Shown here: piece by piece, positions 45,481 through 53,229 of the stretch
Layout: each line of letters opens with the position of its first letter
Numbering within the stretch: position 1 is the stretch's first letter
From: Erysipelotrichia bacterium
GTDB taxonomy: Bacteria > Bacillota_I > Bacilli_A > Erysipelotrichales > Erysipelotrichaceae
Direction: 5' to 3'
Length of the DNA stretch: 64,000 nt
Assembly: GCA_030525245.1 (NCBI GenBank)
Contig: JAUNFB010000003.1
Span: 8,424 to 72,423, forward strand
Notes under the pieces: model-generated
What the model was told of the DNA's origin: nothing
The model's input: the letters and a program-made list of their open reading frames with translations, nothing else
The model's database searches: none
Translations under genes and position numbers: made by a program

Positions 45481-46530
45481 ATGAAAAAGTTATTTACATT
45501 GTTATTAGTAGTTTGCATGATGCTTTCTTTTACAGGATGCCAAAAGGAATCTGATAAAGAAGCTGAATACAAATTAGGTATGGGCGTTGTAACATCTTTG
45601 GAATCAAGCAAAGACGGACAAGCTCAAGTTGATGCTACAGTTGCTGCTGTTGTTGTTGACGCAGAAGGCAAGATTGTTGCATGTAAGATTGATGTTGCTC
45701 AAAATAAAGTTCCTACAACTGATGGTGTTATTGATTTAACACAAGAATTCAAAACTAAGATGGAATTGGGCGATGATTACAACATGGTAAAATACAGCGA
45801 AGCTACTAAAGAGTGGTATGAACAAGCTAACAACTTCGCTAATTATTGTGTAGGTAAGACTGCTGAAGAAGTTAAAAATACTGAAACAAAATCAAGAGAT
45901 GACGGATTACATGAAGGCTATATCGTTGCCGCAGATCCTGAATTATTTGCTCAATGCTCTATGCAAATCACTGACTTTATCGAAGCAGTAGTTAAGGCTT
46001 GCAATGATGAACAGGCTTCTTCATTCAAAACTGCTGGTGAATTTAAGTTAGGTGTTGCTGCTAATTCTGAAATCAATGAAGGCAATACAAAAGACGCTAC
46101 TGAAGAAGAAGACGGCGTTGTTGCTATTTACTCTGAATTTGCTGCTACAGTAGTTGATGCTGACGGCAAGATTTTAGCTGCAGTTATTGATGAAATTCAA
46201 CCTAAGGTTCACTTTGATGTTGACGGTGCTATTACTGAAAAAGAATTCAAAGCAACTAAGAGAGAATTAAAAGAAGACTACAACATGGTTAAATACAGTG
46301 AGGCTACTAAAGAATGGTATGAACAAGCTAAGAACTTTGCTGATTACTGTGTAGGTAAGACTGCTGATGAAGTATTGGCAATTGAAACAAAGGTTAGAGC
46401 TGATGGATTACATGATGGCTATGTTGTTGCTGCTGATGAAACATTATTTGCTTCTTGCTCAATCCAAATTACAGGTATGATGGCTGTTGTAGCTGAAGCA
46501 GCTAACTATGCTGTTAAACCTCTTCATTAA
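45481..46530 (+). CDS. Lipoprotein built from two tandem ~165-aa homologous domains
   Basis: MKKLFTLLLVVCMMLSFTGC lipobox. An internal duplication includes a near-identical block DYNMVKYSEATKEWYEQA.NFA.YCVGKTA.EV. Confidence 0.7.
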   Translation: MKKLFTLLLVVCMMLSFTGCQKESDKEAEYKLGMGVVTSLESSKDGQAQVDATVAAVVVDAEGKIVACKIDVAQNKVPTTDGVIDLTQEFKTKMELGDDYNMVKYSEATKEWYEQANNFANYCVGKTAEEVKNTETKSRDDGLHEGYIVAADPELFAQCSMQITDFIEAVVKACNDEQASSFKTAGEFKLGVAANSEINEGNTKDATEEEDGVVAIYSEFAATVVDADGKILAAVIDEIQPKVHFDVDGAITEKEFKATKRELKEDYNMVKYSEATKEWYEQAKNFADYCVGKTADEVLAIETKVRADGLHDGYVVAADETLFASCSIQITGMMAVVAEAANYAVKPLH

Positions 46531-46566
46531 TTTTAATTAAATAAGAGCTGAATAGGAGATTGTGTT

Positions 46567-47628
46567 GTGAATAAGATTATGATTTTCCTGAAAAGGTATT
46601 TGTGCGTATTGTTAATCGGATGCTTGGTTTTGGCAGGCTGTCAGAAAGAAACAAAACGTGATAAACCGATTGGGAAAGTCAGCTATGCTTATTTCGATAC
46701 AGTCTCCTATATTTATGATTATGCCAACGACACTGATGAAGAATTTGATAAATTCTCTTCCGAAGTCTTTGGCATTTTAGACTATTATCACCAATTGTTT
46801 GATATTTACAATTACTATGAGAATGTTAATAATCTTTATGTTATCAATTCTAAGGCTGGTATTGAACCGGTAAAGGTTGATAGAGAGCTTATTGATTTCT
46901 TGCTTTATTGTAAAGAGTTATATAATTTGACTGCCGGTAAAATGAATGTGATGATGGGGGCTGTTTTGTCAATTTGGCACGACCATAGGCAAACAGCAAT
47001 GGATAATCCTTCGTTGGCTACTGTTCCCGATATGGAACAATTACAGCAAGCGGCTCAACACATTTCAATAGACTCTTTGGTTATTGATGAAGCTGCCGGT
47101 ACTGTTTATATTGCGGACTGTCTTGCCCGTATTGATGTCGGAGCAATCGGCAAAGGCTATGCGACGGAAAAAGCGGCACAATATTTAAAAGAAAACAAGA
47201 AAGACGGTTATGTATTAAACATTGGCGGTAATATAAGAATTATAGGCAATAAACCGGATGGCAGTAAATGGACAACAGGAATCAAAAACCCTAATGATCC
47301 GGATGAAAATTTTCCGATAAAAATATCCATAGCGAATACATCTTGTGTAACATCGGGAATTTATGAAAGATATTATACTGTTAATAAAGTACGCTATCAT
47401 CATATTATAGATGAAGATACCCTGATGCCGGCAAATTATTTTTCATCAGTTTCTGTCATAACCGAAAACAGTGCTTTGGCTGATGCTTTGTCAACTGCTT
47501 TGTTTTGCATGAGCAAAGAAGACGGAGAGAAGGTTATCGCCAAGATCGGTAATGTTGATGTTATATGGATATATGCCGACGGTACGGTTGAGTATACCGA
47601 AAATGTAAAAAATTTTATAGTTTATTGA
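46567..47628 (+). CDS. apbE: ApbE-family FAD:protein FMN transferase (lipoprotein)
   Basis: Lipobox VLAGC and DVGAIGKGYATEKA. ApbE length. Confidence 0.85.
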   Translation: MNKIMIFLKRYLCVLLIGCLVLAGCQKETKRDKPIGKVSYAYFDTVSYIYDYANDTDEEFDKFSSEVFGILDYYHQLFDIYNYYENVNNLYVINSKAGIEPVKVDRELIDFLLYCKELYNLTAGKMNVMMGAVLSIWHDHRQTAMDNPSLATVPDMEQLQQAAQHISIDSLVIDEAAGTVYIADCLARIDVGAIGKGYATEKAAQYLKENKKDGYVLNIGGNIRIIGNKPDGSKWTTGIKNPNDPDENFPIKISIANTSCVTSGIYERYYTVNKVRYHHIIDEDTLMPANYFSSVSVITENSALADALSTALFCMSKEDGEKVIAKIGNVDVIWIYADGTVEYTENVKNFIVY

Positions 47629-47650
47629 TAGATTTAGGGAGGACTAATTA

Positions 47651-48970
47651 ATGTCAATTAGAAAAAATGTTTCTAAGTTAAAATTGCCTCACAACAAGCA
47701 TACGGCTGAAATGCATTCTACCGTAGCTCTTCCACCAAAGGAAGTATGGCTGCCGATGAGTATGCATTCCGGAAAAGATGCTGTTCCTGTTGTTGAGGTA
47801 GGAGACTATGTGCGTGTAGGGCAATTGATTGCTAGAGAAGAGGGCAACATTTCATCACCTGTGCATGCGACAGTTTCCGGAACGGTCAGTGCTATTGAAC
47901 CGATTAAGTCAATGGGCAAAGAAGTATTGGCAATTAAGATTGTCAGCGATGGCAAGATGGAGAAAGACCCAAATTTGAAAGCACCGGAAGTAAATGATGT
48001 TGACCAATTTTTACAGGCTGTTCGTGACAGCGGTATAGTCGGTTTGGGTGGCGCTGCTTTCCCTACTTGGGCAAAGTTAGCTGCATGTAAGAAGAGTAAG
48101 ATTCATACTTTCTTGATCAATGGTGCGGAATGTGAACCTTATTTAACCAGTGATACCAGAACAATGGTTGAAGACGGTGAATATATCGCTAAAGGTATTG
48201 AATACTTGAGAAAGTATGTTGGTTCTGAGAAGTTTGTTATCGGTATTGAAAAAAATAAGCAGGAAGCCATCAAATTGTTAGAAGAACGTTTCCAAAACGA
48301 TAACACGGTAAAAGTAGAAGAGTTGGACAGTATTTACCCACAAGGTGCGAAACAAGTCCTTTTATATAATGTTACCGGAATGGTTCAAAAACCGGGAACC
48401 AGACTTGCCGATTTGGGAGTATTGATTATAAATGTTACTTCTTTGGCTAAGTTAGCAAAATATATGGAAGACGGTATGCCGTTGGTTGACAGATGCGTAA
48501 CTGTAGACGGTTCGGCTGTTAAAGAGCCAAACAACTTCGTTGTTCCTATCGGAACTCCGATCAGTTATTTGTTTGAACTTGCCGGCGGTTTCAAAGAGGA
48601 ACCAGGAAAAGTTATTATCGGCGGTCCGATGATGGGACATGCTGTAGAAGATTTAAATGAACCGGTTGTTAAAGCAACAGGCGGTGTTTTGGCATTTAAT
48701 GTTAAAGAGGCAAAGGTTTATGAGCCGACGGCTTGCATTCATTGCGGACGCTGTGTTGATAATTGCCCGTTGTCTTTAAATCCGACAGAATATGCCAGAG
48801 CAATGGAAATGAGTGATGATCAAGAAAAATTAGCTCTGTTGAAAAAAGAACAAGTAACATTGTGTATGCAATGCGGATGTTGCTCTTATGTATGTCCTGC
48901 TCATCGTCCATTGGTTCAAACCAATGTTGAGGCCATTGCTTTTGTTAAAAAGAACAGAGCTCCGAGATAG
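47651..48970 (+). CDS. rnfC: Rnf complex subunit C
   Basis: GLGGAAFPT, INGAECEPYLTSD and two ferredoxin motifs, CIHCGRCVDNCP and CMQCGCCSYVCP. Confidence 0.9.
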   Translation: MSIRKNVSKLKLPHNKHTAEMHSTVALPPKEVWLPMSMHSGKDAVPVVEVGDYVRVGQLIAREEGNISSPVHATVSGTVSAIEPIKSMGKEVLAIKIVSDGKMEKDPNLKAPEVNDVDQFLQAVRDSGIVGLGGAAFPTWAKLAACKKSKIHTFLINGAECEPYLTSDTRTMVEDGEYIAKGIEYLRKYVGSEKFVIGIEKNKQEAIKLLEERFQNDNTVKVEELDSIYPQGAKQVLLYNVTGMVQKPGTRLADLGVLIINVTSLAKLAKYMEDGMPLVDRCVTVDGSAVKEPNNFVVPIGTPISYLFELAGGFKEEPGKVIIGGPMMGHAVEDLNEPVVKATGGVLAFNVKEAKVYEPTACIHCGRCVDNCPLSLNPTEYARAMEMSDDQEKLALLKKEQVTLCMQCGCCSYVCPAHRPLVQTNVEAIAFVKKNRAPR

Positions 48971-48988
48971 AAAGGATGAAACAGAAAT

Positions 48989-49924
48989 ATGTCTAAATTA
49001 ACTGTATCTGCTGCTCCGCATATTCATGATGGTGCCAGCAGTAAAAATATCATGCTTGACGTAGTTATTGCTTTATTGCCTGTTTCGGTTGCCGCTGTTG
49101 TGATTTTCGGAATGAAGGCTTTAGCAATCATCTTGACTTGTATTATCAGCAGTGTATTGTCTGAATATTTATTTAACAGTATTACTAAACAAAAACAGAC
49201 AATCGGTGATTTCAGTGCTGTTGTTACAGGTCTGCTATTGGCTTTGAATTTATCTACCAATGTTGCTTTGTGGCAATGCGTAGTTGGTTCGGTATTTGCG
49301 ATTGTTGTCGTTAAATGTTTCTTTGGCGGTTTGGGTAAAAACTTTGCTAATCCGGCAATCACCGCTCGTGTATTTATGCTTTTGGCGTTTTCATCGGTAG
49401 CCGGTGGAGCAAATCCGGTTATCGGTGCCGAATTGACCTCTTCAGCAACACCATTGGAGTTGATTAAAAACGGTCAAGAATTGCCTTCAATGATGAATAT
49501 GCTTTTAGGTGTTCACGGCGGAGCAATCGGTGAAACTTGCATTATTGCTTTAGTTGTCGGATATATCTATTTGGTTGTCAGAAAAGTCATCAAATGGTAT
49601 GTGCCTTTCAGCTTTATCGCTACTGTATTTGTTTTAAGTTTTGTAAGCAAGTTTGACTTGTCTTATGCTTTATATGAGATTTTATCAGGCGGTTTATTTA
49701 TCGGAGCAATCTTTATGGCTACCGACTATGTAACTACACCGATAACCAATAAGGGCAAAGTAGTATTTGCGATTGGTTGTGGTTTGATAACTTTCGCTGT
49801 TCGCGTGTTCTTCTCATATCCGGAAGGCGTATCGTTCTCAATTTTATGTATGAACTTATTAACTCCTTATATCGAAGAATTAACGCACAAACATCCGTTA
49901 GGAGGTGTGGAAAATGTCAAATAA
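48989..49924 (+). CDS. rnfD: Rnf complex subunit D
   Basis: SAAPHIH N-terminus, polytopic, with the flavinylation-type motif TSSATPLE. Confidence 0.9.
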   Translation: MSKLTVSAAPHIHDGASSKNIMLDVVIALLPVSVAAVVIFGMKALAIILTCIISSVLSEYLFNSITKQKQTIGDFSAVVTGLLLALNLSTNVALWQCVVGSVFAIVVVKCFFGGLGKNFANPAITARVFMLLAFSSVAGGANPVIGAELTSSATPLELIKNGQELPSMMNMLLGVHGGAIGETCIIALVVGYIYLVVRKVIKWYVPFSFIATVFVLSFVSKFDLSYALYEILSGGLFIGAIFMATDYVTTPITNKGKVVFAIGCGLITFAVRVFFSYPEGVSFSILCMNLLTPYIEELTHKHPLGGVENVK

Positions 49925-51167
49925 ATTAAAAGTTTCCGCAATTTTGGTAGTTACGATTGCTATTCTGTTTGCCAGCAATTTAATTACCAAACCATTAATT
50001 GAAAAAAATAATGCTTCTGCAAAATTTGAACCGTTGCTGGAGGTTATGAGCGATGCTAAAGACTTTGAAGTACTTTATGATGTAAATGATAAAGAAAACA
50101 GTCAATTAACTGATGTTGCCGATACTGTTGTCGGTGTATATAAGGAAACTTCCGGATTGGGTTATGTTGTGCTGTTGTCAACAACTCAAGGATATACGCA
50201 TGAACCTATTAATTTCACCGTTGCATTCAGTTCTGAAGGAATTATCACCAATATTGCTTTGACGAATTATCCGGAATCAAAAGATTTCGGAAAGAATACA
50301 TATCCTCAAACTTATATCGGCCAGGATTCAACTCTTGCCGGTGTAAGCATTGTTGCCGGAGTTACTTTCTCATCAAGCGCATTTAAGAATGCTACATTGG
50401 ATGCTTTTAATGTATTAACAGCTAACAATTTGGTTGAAGCCGGTAAGATGAGTGATGATCAAGCACTTACACAATTGTTGGTTACAGTCTTTACTTCTAT
50501 GGCTAATCCGCAAGGTGTTGCTCAATATGAAGAAAGCGAAATAAGTGAAGGTACATTGTTTAAAGCCTTTAAAGCATTAAATGATGGTGGATATGCATTC
50601 TTGGCAAAAGAGGATGATACAACGACAATGGCGTTGGTTAATAATGACGGATGCGTTAAAGTTGTTGATATCGAGGGCAATGATGTTACCGAAGCCCACA
50701 GTCAAGTTGTAGCCGATGCTTTGAGTTATGTTAATGATAAGCTTGCCGGAGCAGCAAAGAAAGAAGTTAAGAAATTAAGTAAACTTGCCGATAATGCTGA
50801 ATTAACTGAAATAGTTATGAACGGTGTTTATAATTCGGTAGTAAAGGCTTATTCGACTTCTGCCGGAGATTACGGATTTATTGTTAAGACATATGGTTAC
50901 AGCAATCAAGTAATGACTTCATATTATTTAATAGATGCTAGCGGAAATATTAAAGCGATGACTGTTGATGAAATTATTTTACAAAAAGAATATTTTGACA
51001 GTTACACATTGGATGAAGATTCTTATAAGAGCGGATTTGTTGGACAGAACAGTTCTACTTATACTTCTGATGTCGCTTTGATTTCCGGAGCTACAATGAG
51101 TACGAATGCTATCGATATGGCAACAAAAGATGCCTTGGCAGCATTTGCGATTATTAAAGGAGAATAG
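49914..51167 (+). CDS. rnfG: RnfG-like subunit, double length (two FMN_bind-like modules)
   Basis: TM anchor. Module 1 ends ..VAGVTFSSSAF and module 2 ends ..ISGATMSTNAI. The ATG at 49914 lies 8 nt after GGAGG. Confidence 0.8.
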   Translation: MSNKLKVSAILVVTIAILFASNLITKPLIEKNNASAKFEPLLEVMSDAKDFEVLYDVNDKENSQLTDVADTVVGVYKETSGLGYVVLLSTTQGYTHEPINFTVAFSSEGIITNIALTNYPESKDFGKNTYPQTYIGQDSTLAGVSIVAGVTFSSSAFKNATLDAFNVLTANNLVEAGKMSDDQALTQLLVTVFTSMANPQGVAQYEESEISEGTLFKAFKALNDGGYAFLAKEDDTTTMALVNNDGCVKVVDIEGNDVTEAHSQVVADALSYVNDKLAGAAKKEVKKLSKLADNAELTEIVMNGVYNSVVKAYSTSAGDYGFIVKTYGYSNQVMTSYYLIDASGNIKAMTVDEIILQKEYFDSYTLDEDSYKSGFVGQNSSTYTSDVALISGATMSTNAIDMATKDALAAFAIIKGE

Positions 51168-51169
51168 TT

Positions 51170-51814
51170 ATGGATAGTAAATTAGAAAAATCAATAATGA
51201 ATAATCCTGTATTTATCCTGTTTTTAGCCACAGCAGTAGTAGTCGGATCAACAGCTACTGTAAAAGGCGCATTGACAATGTCAATAAGTGTCTTGGCAGT
51301 ATTAGTTTTATCTGCATTGTTGTTGACATTATTAAATAAGGTGATAACCGATGACATCAGATTCATTTCCACGGTTATTATTGTTGCCGGAACAGCATCG
51401 TTGGTACAAATGTTAATGAATGCTTTCTTGCCTGCAGGATATAAAATGGTTAGTTTATATTTAGCTGTCTTGGCAGTTGACTTATCTGTTTTCGCTAATT
51501 GTAAGGATGTTAAAAACGATTCGACAGCTGTTGCTTTGAAGAAGAGTTTTAAAACCGGATTGTACTATGCTGTTGTTATCTTAGTATTGGCATTATTTAG
51601 AGAAGCATTCGGTATGGGCAGTATTTATGGACATGCTTTACCTTGGTTGAGCGAAAATACTATTGCGGTTTTATCGACTGCTCCGGGCGGATATATGCTG
51701 TTGGCGTTTGTGATGGCTTTCTGCAATAAAGGCGAAAAGTCGACAGAAAAATTATCAACAGTATTAACTGATGAATGTACATGTAAATGTGCATGTGAAA
51801 AAGAAGGAGAATAA
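51170..51814 (+). CDS. rnfE: RnfE-like subunit (divergent, Cys-rich C-terminal tail)
   Basis: Collinear by eye with RnfE/NqrD (NNP....GSTAT.., SLVQMLMNAF, APGGYMLLAF). The tail is TDECTCKCACEKEGE. Confidence 0.75.
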   Translation: MDSKLEKSIMNNPVFILFLATAVVVGSTATVKGALTMSISVLAVLVLSALLLTLLNKVITDDIRFISTVIIVAGTASLVQMLMNAFLPAGYKMVSLYLAVLAVDLSVFANCKDVKNDSTAVALKKSFKTGLYYAVVILVLALFREAFGMGSIYGHALPWLSENTIAVLSTAPGGYMLLAFVMAFCNKGEKSTEKLSTVLTDECTCKCACEKEGE

Positions 51815-51816
51815 CT

Positions 51817-52350
51817 ATGAAAGAATTATTTACTCTTTTAATCGGTTCGGCTTTAGTAAATAATGTAGTGCTGACCAAAGCATGTGGTTTAACTAATGCA
51901 ATTGACAGTTCAAACAACAAAAAAATCTTGAATGACGGCATTTATACCGGAATTGTAATGCTGTTATCGGCAGTTATTTGCTGGGCTTTACAATTATATG
52001 TTATAGATAAACTTTCTATCGGTTATTTACAGACATTGATATATGTTTTGATTAATGTAGCTGTTGCTTATCTGTTTAAGGGATTGTTAAAGAAAAATTG
52101 TGTCGAATTTATGTTGGCAGCATTAAACAGTGCAGTATTATTGGTTTGTTTGAATAATGTAAGTTACACTTTTGGACAGATGGTGTTTGCTACTGTCGGC
52201 AGTGCGTTAGGCTTATTAGTCGCAATGTATCTTTATGCCGGTGCTGTTCATAAAATCAATAACAATCATATTTTGAAGTCATTTAGAGGATTGCCTATTC
52301 AAATCTTGGCTATGGCAATTGTTACATTAGCTGTATTTGCTTTTAAATAA
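51817..52350 (+). CDS. rnfA: RnfA-like subunit (divergent)
   Basis: Collinear by eye with RnfA/NqrE (ALVNNVVLTK.., ..LNSAVLLV.., FRGLPIQILAMAI). Confidence 0.75.
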   Translation: MKELFTLLIGSALVNNVVLTKACGLTNAIDSSNNKKILNDGIYTGIVMLLSAVICWALQLYVIDKLSIGYLQTLIYVLINVAVAYLFKGLLKKNCVEFMLAALNSAVLLVCLNNVSYTFGQMVFATVGSALGLLVAMYLYAGAVHKINNNHILKSFRGLPIQILAMAIVTLAVFAFK

Positions 52351-52706
52351 TGTTTAAGAAAAAAGCTGATTTTATTCTGATAATAACTTTGATTTTACTG
52401 GCTTTAGGCAGTTATTTGATATGCACTATACCTAATGGTGAACCTGATAAGGTAGTCGTAAGGGTTGATGGTGAAATAACCGATGTCTTCCTTTTGGAAG
52501 AAGACGGTACATACTCATTGAGTAACGGAACTAATATATTGGTTATTGAAGACGGTAAAGCTTGGTTAGAAGATGCGGATTGTCCCGATAAGTTGTGTGT
52601 TAAACAGGGAAAAATAAGTAAGGTAAATCAATGTATTACTTGCTTACCAAATAAGTTGACAGTTACGATTGAGGGAAAAAACAGTGATGTTGATTTGATT
52701 AATTAA
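52350..52706 (+). CDS. NusG-domain-II-like small membrane-anchored protein
   Basis: N-terminal TM helix followed by a beta-rich domain with CPDKLC...C.TCLP. The start overlaps the rnfA stop (TAATG). Confidence 0.6.
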   Translation: MFKKKADFILIITLILLALGSYLICTIPNGEPDKVVVRVDGEITDVFLLEEDGTYSLSNGTNILVIEDGKAWLEDADCPDKLCVKQGKISKVNQCITCLPNKLTVTIEGKNSDVDLIN

Positions 52707-52728
52707 ATTTGAAAGGAAGGTTTTGACT

Positions 52729-53214
52729 ATGAAAAATAAGAACTTTGCCACATTATCTTTGCTGATTGCTTTGGCAATGATCTTATCTTTTGTGGAAAGT
52801 CAAATTCCTTCCTTTTTTCCTATTCCGGGAATCAAAATGGGTTTGGCCAATATAGCCGTCGTATTTGCTTTATATAAATTATCCATAAAAGATGCCATAA
52901 TTGTTTCTGTTACCAGAGTCATTATTGTTTCGTTTTTATTCGGTACAAGCGTAACCTTAATTTATTCGATTAGCGGTGCCGTTTTGAGTATGATTGTGAT
53001 GGCTTTGATGCAGAAAAGCGAACGTTTTTCTTTAGTATCGGTAAGTATAGCCGGAGGGGTTACGCATAATATAGCTCAAGTGATCGTAGCCTGTATACTT
53101 TTGAAGAGTGCGGTTATTCGCTATTATTTGCCTTTTTTGATAATTAGCGGAATGTTGACCGGAGTAGTGATCGGTTTGATCAGTGCCAAATTAATTGAAA
53201 GAATAAAAAAATAA
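52729..53214 (+). CDS. Gx transporter family (Hpre_diP_synt_I-like) membrane protein
   Basis: FVESQIPSFFPIPGIKMGLANIAV.. is the characteristic N-terminal motif. 5 TM helices. Confidence 0.7.
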   Translation: MKNKNFATLSLLIALAMILSFVESQIPSFFPIPGIKMGLANIAVVFALYKLSIKDAIIVSVTRVIIVSFLFGTSVTLIYSISGAVLSMIVMALMQKSERFSLVSVSIAGGVTHNIAQVIVACILLKSAVIRYYLPFLIISGMLTGVVIGLISAKLIERIKK

Positions 53215-53229
53215 TAAATCGGAGTCGAT

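Noticed and set aside
45481-46530. Calling the tandem-domain lipoprotein a PplA-type flavinylated FMN_bind protein.
   Set aside because: No [S/T]GAT-type flavinylation motif is visible in either half. The analogous segments read CSMQIT and CSIQIT. I keep only the positional analogy and report it as an unknown domain.
51154-51372. A minus-strand 72-aa ORF at the rnfG/rnfE junction, and ORF 51660..51941 across the rnfE/rnfA junction.
   Set aside because: Both are antisense to tightly packed, motif-supported rnf genes, and there is no independent signal for them.
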